This document shows, piece after piece, positions 26,751-39,804 of a stretch of 64,000 nucleotides of DNA; the stretch's first letter is position 1; every line of letters begins with the position of its first letter. The notes under the pieces are model-generated. The model had not been told where the DNA came from. It made no database searches and worked only from the letters and a program-made list of their open reading frames with translations. Source of the DNA: Eledone cirrhosa (lineage: Eukaryota); the NCBI GenBank assembly GCA_964016885.1, contig OZ024748.1, positions 44,578,001 through 44,642,000 on the forward strand. The letters are read 5' to 3'. Position numbers and translations under genes: made by a program.

Positions 26751-27700
26751 TGGCGGTGAATTGGCAGTATCAGTAGAGGGTCGGACGCCATGCTTTGCAG
26801 CAAAGAGTTACGGCCCTTTATGGTCTGAGTTCAAATCCCGCCGAGGTTAACTTTGCTTTTCATCCTTACGGGGGTCGATAAAATAAAGTACCAGTAATAC
26901 GCTCGGATAATTGCTGGCCTTGTGCCAAAAGTAGAAACAATTATTATTATTAATAGTCACTTTTATAAATTTTATTTTACTCGAAGAAAAAACCCCACAC
27001 TATCGTCCTGAACCATCTTTAATGTTTCCTTAATGTGAGCCCTGTGTGGCTAATAAAGAAATTATTATTATTATATATATTTATGGCAGTGGATTGGCAG
27101 TATTGGTAGAGGGTCCAACACCATGCTTTGCAGTATAGAGTTACGACCCTTTATGGTCTGAGTTCAAATCCCGCCGAGGTTAACTTTGCCTTTCATCCTT
27201 ATGGGGTCGATAAAATAAAATGCCAGTAATATTCTGGGATAATTGCTGGCCTATCATTATTATGGATTGGCAGTATCGGTAGAGGGTCGGACGCCATGCT
27301 TTGACGCAAAGAGTTACGTCCCTTTACGATCTGAGTTCAAATCCCGCCGAGGTTGACTTTGCCTTTCATCCTTATGGGGTCGATAAAATAAAGTACCAGT
27401 ATGCACTGGGTAATTGCTGGTCTTGTGCCTAAAGTAGAAACAATTATTATTATTAATAGTCTCTTTTATAAATTTTATTTTACCCGAAGAAAAAATCCCC
27501 ACTGTATCATCCTGTACCATCTTTAATGTTTCCTTAATGTGAACCCTGTGTGTCTAATAAAGAAATCATTATTATTATTATTTCCATTGTTCCGAGGTTA
27601 ACTTTGCCTTTATACCTTACAGGGTCGATAAAATAAAGTACCAGTAATATACTGGGTAATTGGTGGCCTTGTGCCAAAAAGTAGAAACAATTATTATTTC
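26751..27700 (+). mobile_element. Cluster of four SINE family A copies plus a duplicated 120-bp (ATT)-tailed module
   Basis: Copies start at about 26751, 27083, 27263 and 27590. Module TAATAGTC...CTAATAAAGAAAT at about 26951-27070 and 27453-27580. Confidence 0.85.
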
Positions 27701-27825
27701 CATTGTTATTTTTATTGCACATCGTTACTGCTTTACCGAGCACAGCTCTGTGCACCTTGGGTATGTGCAGTGTAGTTTTTGCTGATGTTTCAATTGTATT
27801 AAGAGTACGTTTCGTAATGTGTGCA

Positions 27826-29889
27826 GTGCCTAGTAGTACTATCTTTTGTATGCTGTATATATTTGTAAGTCCTGTGGTACTCTATATAATATATATACAG
27901 TACCTAGTAGTGCTATCTTTTGTATGCTGTATATATTTGTAAGTCCTGTGGTACTCTATATAATATATATACAGTTTCTAGTAGTACTATCTTTTGTATG
28001 CTGTATATATTTGTAAGTCCTGTGGTACTCTATATAATATATATACAGTTTCTAGTAGTGCTATCTTTTGTATGCTGTATATATTTGTAAGTCCTGTGGT
28101 ACTCTATATAATATATATACAGTACCTAGTAGTGCTATCTTTTGTATGCTGTATATATTTGTAAGTCCTGTGGTACTCTATATAATATATATACAGTACC
28201 TAGTAGTGCTATCTTTTGTATGCTGTATATATTTGTAAGTCCTGTGGTACTCTATATAATATATATACAGTACCTAGTAGTGCTATCTTTTGTATGCTGT
28301 ATATATTTGTAAGTCCTGTGGTACTCTATATAATATATATACAGTACCTAGTAGTGCTATCTTTTGTATGCTGTACATATTTGTAAGTCCTGTACTCTAT
28401 ATAATATATATACAGTACCTAGTAGTGCTATCTTTTGTATGCTGTACATATTTGTAAGTCCTGTGGTACTCTATATAATATATATACAGTACCTAGTAGT
28501 GCTATCTTTTGTATGCTGTATATATTTGTAAGTCCTGTGGTACTCTATATAATATATATACAGTACCTAGTAGTGCTATCTTTTGTATGCTGTATATATT
28601 TGTAAGTCCTGTGGTACTCTATATAATATATATACAGTACCTAGTAGTGCTATCTTTTGTATGCTGTACATATTTGTAAGTCCTGTGGTACTCTATATAA
28701 TATATATACAGTACCTAGTAGTGCTATCTTTTGTATGCTGTATATATTTGTAAGTCCTGTGGTACTCTATATAATATATATACAGTACCTAGTAGTGCTA
28801 TCTTTTGTATGCTGTATATATTTGTAAGTCCTGTGGTACTCTATATAATATATATACAGTACCTAGTAGTGCTATCTTTTGTATGCTGTACATATTTGTA
28901 AGTCCTGTGGTACTCTATATAATATATATACAGTACCTAGTAGTGCTATCTTTTGTATGCTGTATATATTTGTAAGTCCTGTGGTACTCTATATAATATA
29001 CTAGCAGATTTACCCGGCGTTTGAAATTATGCTAAGAATATACAGCTAGGAAGTAAATTGAATGGAAAATCCCATAAGGATTTAGTTTTTATGGGTTTGC
29101 TGACACAGACATGTGACTTAGAAGAAAATCGATGCTCGCTTAAGAGCCTTGTATTGCAGAGAATAAACACCAACAATTTTGTTGTGAGTGACAAAAAAAT
29201 GTTGCTTTCAATTTTTTATTGCTCACCGTGGGTCGATTTGAAAAATGTTTGTGATGTGACCATCTTTAGCGACAAGTGCAACGTGCACAGAAAATTTGGC
29301 CAAATTCGGTTGGGAATTGTAAAAGCCTTAGCTGTCCAAAGTTGTCCACAGACACACACACATCCTCGCTTTTATATATATAAAAGATATACAGTACCTA
29401 GTAGTACTATCTCTCGTATGTTGTATATATTTGTAAGTTCTGTGGTACTCTATATAATATATATATATAGTACCTAGTAGTGCTATCTTTTGTATGCTGT
29501 ATATATTTGTAAGTCCTGTGGTACTCTATATAATATATATACAGTACCTAGTAGTGCTATCTTTTGTATGCTGTATATATTTGTAAGTCCTGTGGTACTC
29601 TATATAATATATATACAGTTTCTAGTAGTGCTATCTTTTGTATGCTGTATATATTTGTAAGTCCTGTGGTACTCTATATAATATATATACAGTTTCTAGT
29701 AGTGCTATCTTTTGTATGCTGTATATATTTGTAAGTCCTGTGGTACTCTATATAATATATATACAGTTTCTAGTAGTGCTATCTTTTGTATGTTGTATAT
29801 ATTTGTAAGTCCTGTGGTACTCTATATAATATATATACAGTACCTAGTAGTGCTATCTTTTGTATGTTGTATATATTTGTAAGTCCTGC
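27826..29889. repeat. 74-bp minisatellite, about 22 copies, derived from the RLE-LINE coding sequence
   Basis: Period 74 (27831, 27905). About 46 bp of the unit is the LINE GLTNIYSIQKIALLG codons. Confidence 0.97.
29001..29387 (-). mobile_element. Non-autonomous Helitron (387 bp)
   Basis: On the minus strand it starts 5'-TC and ends CTAG-3', inserted between A and T. Removing it restores an exact 74-bp unit (ATATAATATA|TATACAG) with no TSD. Confidence 0.88.
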
Positions 29890-31288
29890 AGTTTTGGTTA
29901 TGTATTTGTCTGTGTTTTTTTTTAATCATTCCCAGAGCACCTATTATTATAGGTATTGTTTCTGTTTTCACTTTCCACATTCGAGTTATTTCTATCTCTA
30001 GTTTTTTATATTTGGAGAGTTTCTCTATTTCCTTGGAAGATATATTGTCGCCTGTGGGAATAAATACATTTATTAGAAGGCATTTTTTTTCTTTGTGGTC
30101 TTTGACTATATCTGGTCTTTTGACTTTGATCTCTGTCTGTATATATTGACATATCCCAGAGAATGGTTGATTGGCTTTGATCTCTCTGTCTGTATTGGCA
30201 TATATTATTACGTAGTTTGTATAGCAATAGTGTTGGTAATTCTGTCAGTTTTATTCAATGAACACCAAGCTACAATCCGCATCTTCTCATATTTAACACA
30301 CACATCTTAAAGTGCTGACTGTATTAAGGTAGACAAGCTTTTTGTAGAGCTTTGCAAGGTTTATTCTTAAAGGGATCATAGACAGCTGTTTCAGGACCTA
30401 TTCAGTAATATGCGCTCTGTCCCTCAAATTTAAGCCCTCTTGTCCCTTCTGAATACCCTGGCTTTAGAGCTATTACTGCACCAATTAAGGATATTGAGGG
30501 GTATTTGAGGACCTATTCAGTACCATGTGCCCTGTCCCTCAAATTTAAGCCCTCTTATTATTTCTGAATATATTGACTTTAGAGAAATTAAGGATACTGA
30601 AGGGTATTCTACGTGAACTAGGATGTAGAAGACATCAACAAAGAAACATGACATCAGATGTTTGAAATATTGACCTCTGGAGGTCAATATTTCAACCACC
30701 AACACTGCCACCTCCAGAGAGAGAGAAAGAGAGAGAAAGAGAGAGAAAGAGAGAGAAAGAGAGAGAGAAAGAGAGAGAAAGAGAGAGATAAACAGTGTCT
30801 CTTCTACAATAAATGTTTTTTTCTTAAACCAATTTTTTCCAGAATTTAGAAAAAATATTTTAATTGATTCAACAAATTAACTTTTAGTCTCCACCAACAC
30901 ATATATACATAAACATACATATACGTAGACACACATAAATATACATAAACACATACACATACAAATGCACATACATAAACACACACATACTTACAATTAC
31001 ATGAACACTCATACTTTTAAAAAAATCAGGAAAAATAAGCAAACAAAAAGCAAAATAATTCTTTGTAAAAGACTTAAATGTGGAATAATGGTGTTATTTC
31101 AGAGTTGTGGGAGGGCTGGGGGTTATATGTGTGTGTATATATATATATATATCATCATCATCGTTTCACGTCTATCTTCCACGCTAGCATGGGTTAGACG
31201 GGAATTGTCTCACTTCAGGCAAAATTGGTCGGGTGACCGTGCCTCGTTCGTATAGGACTATCAGGCAGGTTTTCTACGGCCGGATGGC

Positions 31289-31350
<62 letters not shown>

Positions 31351-31486
31351 CGTTTCTGAACCAACCAACCAGAAATTTATAAGTTTGTAGATTTGTAAAT
31401 TTATAAATTTATAAATATATAATAAATTGAAGTGAAAGCAACTGGTGCGTGTGTTTCTTATTGGCAACATGACCCTCCCAAAGTAT

Positions 31487-31570
<84 letters not shown>

Positions 31571-31674
31571 GAATAAACACGAACAGAGAACAAAAAACAG
31601 AGAGGCAGTACAAATGATATGGTTTTTAGGTTCACGCTTGAGAGGGCGGTATATATATGTATGTATGTCTCTAC

Positions 31675-31709
<35 letters not shown>

Positions 31710-31780
31710 AGAGAGGGAGAGAGTAACAGATAGATATATCTATCCTGCTACATCTGTGCATCTCTATATGTGTTGACCTG

Positions 31781-31851
<71 letters not shown>

Positions 31852-31854
31852 TAC

Positions 31855-31929
<75 letters not shown>

Positions 31930-32042
31930 TGCTTGTTTGGTATAAAAATTACTCCGACTAGGAACCATGTCCATTAACACTAAACACTTTACAAGACTAG
32001 TGAGTCACTTAAAAATTTTAAATATATATATACATATATATA

Positions 32043-32390
32043 ATCATCATCATCATCGTTTAACGTCCATCTTCCACGCTTGTATGGTTTGGACGGGAGA
32101 TTTCCCACTTGAGGCAAGAGTGGTTGTCTTGCTCGCATAGGACTGTCTGGCGGGTTTTCTACGGCTGGATGCCCTTCCTAACACCAACCACATTTACAGT
32201 GTGGGGCTGGGAGGTTTTTACCGTGTTGCCTACATGGCCACATTACAGCGTGGACTGTGTGTTTTTCTTGTCGTGACACCTACACGACCTCATTTGTTTC
32301 GGGCTGGATATTGTGGTACCAACATAACTTTACATTGAAAGGGGTTGTGTGGATGGGGTGGGGGTAGTGGAACAGGGGTGTATTTTTGTT
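32043..32390 (-). mobile_element. RTE LINE 3' UTR fragment
   Basis: Near-identical to the reverse complement of 59990-60428, with one copy of the internal duplication and a (CAT)n tail. Confidence 0.9.
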
Positions 32391-32623
32391 AGAGGTATAT
32401 ATATATAAAAACAAATAACGAAACGAAATTAAATTTCGTTTCGTTTGTAACTCACTTTTGTATGACTGACGCTTAAACAATTAAGTTAAAAATGTACATC
32501 CACATATGTATACTGAAATACTAGTATGCATATGAATACACACACGTATACATATGTAGATGTACCGATTTTTTCACTGGTCACTTTACTGTGAGTGACC
32601 AGCTATTCTGTATGTAAACACAC

Positions 32624-32679
32624 AGACAAAATGTATGCATATCATTTTGTATCTGTATGTATGCATATGTGTGTGTATA

Positions 32680-32723
<44 letters not shown>

Positions 32724-32772
32724 TATACACACACATATGCATACATACAGATACAAAATGATATGCATACAT
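32624..32772. repeat. Fold-back palindrome centred on (TA)n
   Basis: AATGTATGCATATCATTTTGTATCTGTATGTATGCATATGTG...CACATATGCATACATACAGATACAAAATGATATGCATACATT. The ORF track gives the same peptide on both strands. Confidence 0.92.
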
Positions 32773-32892
32773 TCAGATATATACATGCATATAAATAAAT
32801 ATGAACATATATATATATACACACACACATATATATACACAGACATACATATATATACACACACACATATATATACACACACACACATACAT

Positions 32893-33050
32893 ACAGTCCC
32901 TATCATCTCATTTCTACAGCTGAGTAAACTGGAGCAATGTGAAATAAAGTGTCTTGCTCAAAGAAACAACACATCACCTGGTCTGAGAATTGAACTCACA
33001 ACCTTTCGATTGCAAGGCCAATGCTCTAACCACTAAGCCATGTGCCTCCA
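32893..33050 (-). mobile_element. SINE family B, 5' half only
   Basis: tRNA-like head GGAGGCACATGGCTTAGTGGTTAGAGC...GAGTTCAATTCTC, ending at GATAGGGACTG. Confidence 0.85.
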
Positions 33051-33837
33051 TATATATATATAAAGGATCTTTATTCTCATTCACTAAATATTTTATCACC
33101 AGACCAAATTCCAGAAGAAATCGTCTTCTCACAGACTCATATTTGTCACTAAACTTGGTACAGAACACACAAAACACTTATTATTAATATTGCAAGGTCT
33201 TGTCTCTGTCATAGATATCATCATCATCATCATCATCATCATCATGAGCACCAGTATCATCACAACCATTGTCATCATCATCATCACTCCCAATCATCAA
33301 CACCACCACCACCACCACCACCATCTTCATCACCGCCACCAACCATCACCACCGTCACCGCCACCAACCATCAACACCACCACCACCACCACCACCCAAC
33401 CACCAACACCACCACCACCACCAACCATCAACACCACCTTCGCCACCACCACCACCGCCACTGTCACCACCACCGTCACCGCCACCGACCATCAACACCA
33501 CCACCACCACCGCCACCAACCAACCACCAACACCACCACCACCACCAACCATCAACACCACCGCTGCCAACCATCAACACCAGCTTCGCCACCACCAACA
33601 CCACCACCACCACGACCACCACCACCACCACCTTCGCCACCACCAACACCACCACCACCACGACCACCACCACCACCACCACCGCCACCAACCACCAACA
33701 CCACCTTCGCCACCACCACCAGATGTAGGCCAGATGATGTAGGGAAGTGTTCACTGGTGTCTAGAAAAAGGGTGTCTTCAGGGAGTTTGGTAAAGACAGA
33801 ATTAAGGGATATATGAAGGGGTCAGTGAAGATAATCT

Positions 33838-34263
33838 GACTGACCCCTTCATATAACAACTGACCCCTTCAGATAACAACTTATGCCTTCATATAACAAC
33901 TGACCCTTCAGATAACAACTGATGCCTTCAGATAACAACTGACCCCTTCAGATAACAACTGACCCCTTCAGATAACAACTGATGCCTTCAGATAACAACT
34001 GACCCCTTCATATGACAACTGACCCCTTCAGATAACAACTTATGCCTTCATATAATAACTGACCCTTCAGATAACAACTGATGCCTTCAGATAACAACTG
34101 ACCCTTCAGATAACAACTGACCCCTTCAGATAACAACTGACCCCTTCAGATAACAACTTATGCCTTCATATAACAACTGACCCCTTCAGATAACAACTTA
34201 TGCCTTCATATAACAACCGACCCTTCAGATAACAACTGACCCCTTCAGATAACAACTGACCCC
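33838..34263. repeat. 19-20-bp minisatellite, about 21 copies
   Basis: Unit ATAACAACTGACCCCTTCAG. Confidence 0.95.
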
Positions 34264-34335
34264 TGCTTTACTCATGACAAACCAAACTAGGAAGTTCTTA
34301 ATTTCCTTAAAGAAATCTGTTAAATTCTTGTTTTA

Positions 34336-34382
<47 letters not shown>

Positions 34383-35720
34383 AAGTATGCTTGTGGGAAC
34401 CAACAGGTGAGTGAGTATGTATGAGCGTGAGTGAGTGTGTGTGTGAGAGTGTGAGTGTATGTGAGAGCGTGAGTATGTATGAGCGTGAGTGAGTGCGTGT
34501 GTGAGAGTGTGAGTGTATGTGAGAGCGTGAGTATGTATGAGCGTGAGTGAGTGTGTGTGTGAGAGTGTGAGTGGATGTGAGAGCGTGAGTATGTATGAGC
34601 GTGAGTGAATGTATGTAGGAGCGTGAGTGTAAGTGAGTGAGTGAGTGAGTGAGTGAGTGTGTGTGTGAGTGTGTTAGCTGGCATCCATCTGAGCAGTGTG
34701 TATGTGTATACATGTATGTGTGTATGAATATGTATGTGTGTATGCTAGCATACATGTGAAACAGTATATGTAATGTGTGTGTGTGTGTGTAATGTGTATG
34801 TATGTGTGTGTGTATGTATAATGTGTATGTATGTGTGTGTGTATGTATAATGTGTATGTATGTGAGTGAGAAAGTATGCTTGGGAGAGCCAACAGGTGTG
34901 TATATATGTATGTGTGGGTGTGTATGTCTATATGTATATGTGTATGTATGTGTATGTATATGCGTGTGTGCGTATATGTATGTATATGCGTGTATGTCTA
35001 TATATATATGTGTGTGTATGTGTATGTATGTGTATGTGTATATGTATGTATATGTGTGTATGTGTATGTATGCATATGTGTATATGTATGTATATGTGTA
35101 TATGTATGTATATGCATGTATGTCTACGTGTGTGTATGTATGTATATGTGTATATGTATGTATATGCATGTATGTCTGTGTATGTGTATATATGTATATG
35201 TCTATATGTATATGTGTATGTCTATATGTATATGTGTGTATGTGTATGTCTATATGTATATGTGTATGTCTATATGTATATATGTCTGTATGTATGTGTG
35301 TATGTGTATGTATATGTGTGTGAGTGTGTGTATGTATATGTATATGTGTGTATGTGTATATGTATATGTATGTCTATATGTATATGTGTGTATGTGTATG
35401 TCTATATGTATATGTATGTCTATATGTATATGTGTGTATGTGTATGTCTATATGTATATGTATGTCTATATGTATATGTATGTCTATATGTATATGTCTA
35501 TATGTATATGTATGTCTATATGTATATGTGTGTATGTGTGTGTGTATATGTGTATGCGTGTGTGTAATCTTAATTGCGATAATTCCTCTCGTTGTTTGCC
35601 ATTTCAAGAACAGATGTTACGTGGTGTACGTAATTAAAGAATACTTAACGACATATGGGCGGCATACGTTACAACGGTTGCATGGTATGGTGTGCACCAA
35701 TACACGCCATGCACACCACA

Positions 35721-35760
<40 letters not shown>

Positions 35761-35804
35761 GAGAGAGAGAGTAAGACCTGTTATATGCAGATATCTACAC
35801 TGAC

Positions 35805-35856
<52 letters not shown>

Positions 35857-35887
35857 AGACCTGTTATATGCAGATATCTACACTGAC

Positions 35888-35979
<92 letters not shown>

Positions 35980-37481
35980 AGACCTGTTATATGCAGATAT
36001 CTACACTGACAGAGAGAGAGAGAGTAAGACCTGTTATATGCAGATATCTACACTGAGAGAGAGAGAGAGTAAGACCTGTTATATGCAGATATCTACACTG
36101 AGAGAGAGAGAGAGAGTAAGACCTGTTATATGCAGATATCTACACTGAGAGAGAGAGAGTAAGACCTGTTATATGCAGATATCTACACTGAGAGAGAGAG
36201 AGAGAGTAAGACCTGTTATATGCAGATATCTACACTGAGAGAGAGAGAGTAAGACCTGTTATATGCAGATATCTACACTGACAGAGAGAGAGAGAGTAAG
36301 ACCTGTTATATGCAGATATCTACACTGAGAGAGTAAGACCTGTTATATGCAGATATCTACACTGAGAGAGTAAGACCTGTTATATGCAGATATCTACACT
36401 GAGAGAGAGAGAGAGAGTAAGACCTGTTATATGCAGATATCTACACTGAGAGAGTAAGACCTGTTATGCAGATATCTACACTGAGAGAGTAAGACCTGTT
36501 ATATGCAGATATCTACACTGAGAGAGAGAGAGAGAGTAAGACCTGTTATATGCAGATATCTACACTGAGAGAGAGAGAGAGAGTAAGACCTGTTATATGC
36601 AGATATCTACACTGAGAGAGTAAGACCTGTTATATGCAGATATCTACACTGAGAGAGTAAGACCTGTTATATGCAGATATCTACACTGAGAGAGTAAGAC
36701 CTGTTATATGCAGATATCTACACTGAGAGAGAGAGAGAGAGTAAGACCTGTTATATGCAGATATCTACACTGAGAGAGAGAGAGAGAGTAAGACCTGTTA
36801 TATGCAGATATCTACACTGAGAGAGAGAGAGAGAGTAAGACCTGTTATATGCAGATATCTACACTGAGAGAGAGAGAGAGAGTAAGACCTGTTATATGCA
36901 GATATCTACACTGAGAGAGAGAGAGAGTAAGACCTGTTATATGCAGATATCTACACTGAGAGAGAGAGAGAGAGTAAGACCTGTTATATGCAGATATCTA
37001 CACTGAGAGAGAGAGAGAGAGTAAGACNNNNNNNNNNNNNNNNNNNNNNNNNNNNNNNNNNNNNNNNNNNNNNNNNNNNNNNNNNNNNNNNNNNNNNNNN
37101 NNNNNNNNNNNNNNNNNNNNNNNNNNNNNNNNNNNNNNNNNNNNNNNNNNNNNNNNNNNNNNNNNNNNNNNNNNNNNNNNNNNNNNNNNNNNNNNNNNNN
37201 NNNNNNNNNNNNNNNNNNNNNNNNNNNTATCTACACTGACAGAGAGAGAGAGAGTAAGACCTGTTATATGCAGATATCTACACTGAGAGAGAGAGAGAGA
37301 GTAAGACCTGTTATATGCAGATATCTACACTGACAGAGAGAGAGAGTAAGACCTGTTATATGCAGATATCTACACTGACAGAGAGAGAGAGAGAGAGTAA
37401 GACCTGTTATATGCAGATATCTACACTGACAGAGAGAGAGAGAGAGAGTAAGACCTGTTATATGCAGATATCTACACTGAC
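35761..37481. repeat. Minisatellite with a fixed 33-bp core plus variable (GA)n spacer
   Basis: GTAAGACCTGTTATATGCAGATATCTACACTGA-(GA)n, more than 30 copies, spanning the assembly gap. Confidence 0.96.
37028..37227. other. Assembly gap (200 N)
   Basis: Run of n inside the satellite. True array length is unknown. Confidence 1.
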
Positions 37482-38471
37482 ATCTCAATCTGGAAGAGAT
37501 ATAAGGGAAGTATTAGTTGAGATCTTCTGTAATCCCCTCCTCCTCCTCACCAACACTACCATCAACATCACCACCACCATCACTGCCATGACCACCAACA
37601 CTACCATCAACATCACCACTGCCACCACCACCACCACCACCACCACCACCACCACTGCCATGACCACCAACACTACCATCAACATCACCACTGCCACCAC
37701 CACCACCACCACCACCACCACTGCCATGACCGCCAACACTACCATCAACATCACCACTGTCACCACCACCACCACCACCACCACCACCACTGCCACCACC
37801 ACCACCACCACCACCACCACCACTGCCATGACTGCCAACACTACCATCAACATCACAACTGCCACCACCACCAACACCACCACCACCACCAACACTACCT
37901 TCAATACAACCACCAACACAACACTTCCACCACTGCCACCACCACCACCACCACCACCACCACCACCACCAACACTACCTTCAATACAACCACCAACACA
38001 ACACTTCCACCACTGCCACCACCACCACCACCACCACCACCACCACCACCAACACTACCTTCAATACAACCACCAACACAACACTTCCACCACTGCCACC
38101 ACCACCACCACCACCACCACCACCACCACCAACACTACATTCAATACAACCACCAACACAACACTACCATCAACATCACCACTGCCACCACCACCACCAC
38201 CACCACCACCACCACCAACCACGACCATCACCCCCACAACCACCACAGTAGATTACTATCCCTCTTAATTACACACCATCAGGCAAAGTTATTTACACTT
38301 AGTTGTCTGGACATGCTAACCGTTCCTTGCAAATTAATATTGAAGCAATATATATTTGAATATTTCTCACTGTAGAGCCATGGGAGGAGGGTCAGGTCCC
38401 AGCAACCGATTTCCACGGAGGAACGGGGCAATGCCAAAGAAACTTTTGCCTTTGTTTAGCCATGGAGGGCC

Positions 38472-38486
38472 CCCTAGGTGCCTAAC

Positions 38487-38545
<59 letters not shown>

Positions 38546-38646
38546 AATAACAGATTAAAGTCTAAGCAAAGAATCGCTGCTTTCACTCTTAACAGGATCT
38601 TCTGAAATATATATGGTGCCCCAACATGGCCTATATATATAATATA

Positions 38647-38732
<86 letters not shown>

Positions 38733-38840
38733 TATATATATAATATATATATAATATATATAATATATATAATATATATAATATATATAATATATATAAT
38801 ATATATAATATATATAATATATATATATATAATATATATA

Positions 38841-38872
<32 letters not shown>

Positions 38873-38915
38873 ATATATATATTATATATATATTATATAT
38901 ATATTATATATATAT

Positions 38916-38946
<31 letters not shown>

Positions 38947-39053
38947 ATATATATATTATATATATATTATATATATATTATATATATATTATATATATAT
39001 ATATATATTATATATATATATATATTATATATATATATTATATATATATATAT

Positions 39054-39086
<33 letters not shown>

Positions 39087-39136
39087 ATATATATATTATA
39101 TATATATTATATATATATATATATATTATATATATA

Positions 39137-39225
<89 letters not shown>

Positions 39226-39306
39226 GGCCATGTTGGGGCACCATATATATTTCAGAAGATCCTGTTAAGAGTGAAAGCAGCGATTCTTTGCTTAGACTTT
39301 AATCTG

Positions 39307-39392
<86 letters not shown>

Positions 39393-39407
39393 GTTAGGCA
39401 CCTAGGG
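38472..39407. repeat. About 0.94-kb inverted duplication with an AT-microsatellite spacer
   Basis: Arms about 38472-38632 and 39224-39407 are exact reverse complements apart from microsatellite length. Confidence 0.95.
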
Positions 39408-39595
39408 ACTGGGGTCCATATCATTCCACTGCAAAGTGGTCGTGGAGGTGCACGGCAAAAAAGCACGCACCACTCACTGTAAATGAGGTTGGTGTTAGGA
39501 AGGGCATCCAGCTGTAGAAATCAAGCCAGAATCAGTTCCCATCCCACCCTTGCAAGCAGGGAAAAGCGGACGTAAAATGATGATAAATGATGATA
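39403..39595 (+). mobile_element. SINE family B, 3' half only
   Basis: Begins TAGGGACTGGGGTCC and ends GGACGTAAAATGATGA. Confidence 0.85.
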
Positions 39596-39804
39596 TGTAT
39601 GTGTTAAGTATTTCCGTAGAAAAGGCAAAGGAAAGAAGAGTGCTCTACGTATAGTACAGAGCTATTTAATTGCATAATAAACAACACAATATAATTATTT
39701 CATACAAACGAGCTAGACGTTTCTGTAAGAATCCTCTAGTTTCTTGAAACCTTCGGTAACGAAATAATTATATTGTATTGTTTATTATGTATTATATATA
39801 TATA

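Larger units (their letters stand above)
27703..30205 (-). pseudogene. 3' end of a non-LTR retrotransposon with restriction-like endonuclease (R4/Dong-type), decayed and split by a satellite and a Helitron
   Basis: Manual minus-strand translation with frameshifts: TILWDMSIYTDR / KRPDIVKDHKEKKCLLINVFIPTGDNISSKEIEKLSKYKKLEIEITRMWKVKTETIPIIIGALGMIKK ... GLTNIYSIQKIVLLGTAHITKRTL. This shows the RPD and KxxKY RLE signature. AAT-rich 3' tail near 27703. Confidence 0.85.

Noticed and set aside
35761-37481. CRISPR-like look (33-bp repeat plus spacers)
   Set aside because: Spacers are only (GA)n of varying length, the context is eukaryotic, and there are no cas genes.
33190-38268. Pro/Thr/His-rich ORFs (208 aa and 317 aa)
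   Set aside because: Translations of (CAC/CAA)n microsatellites.
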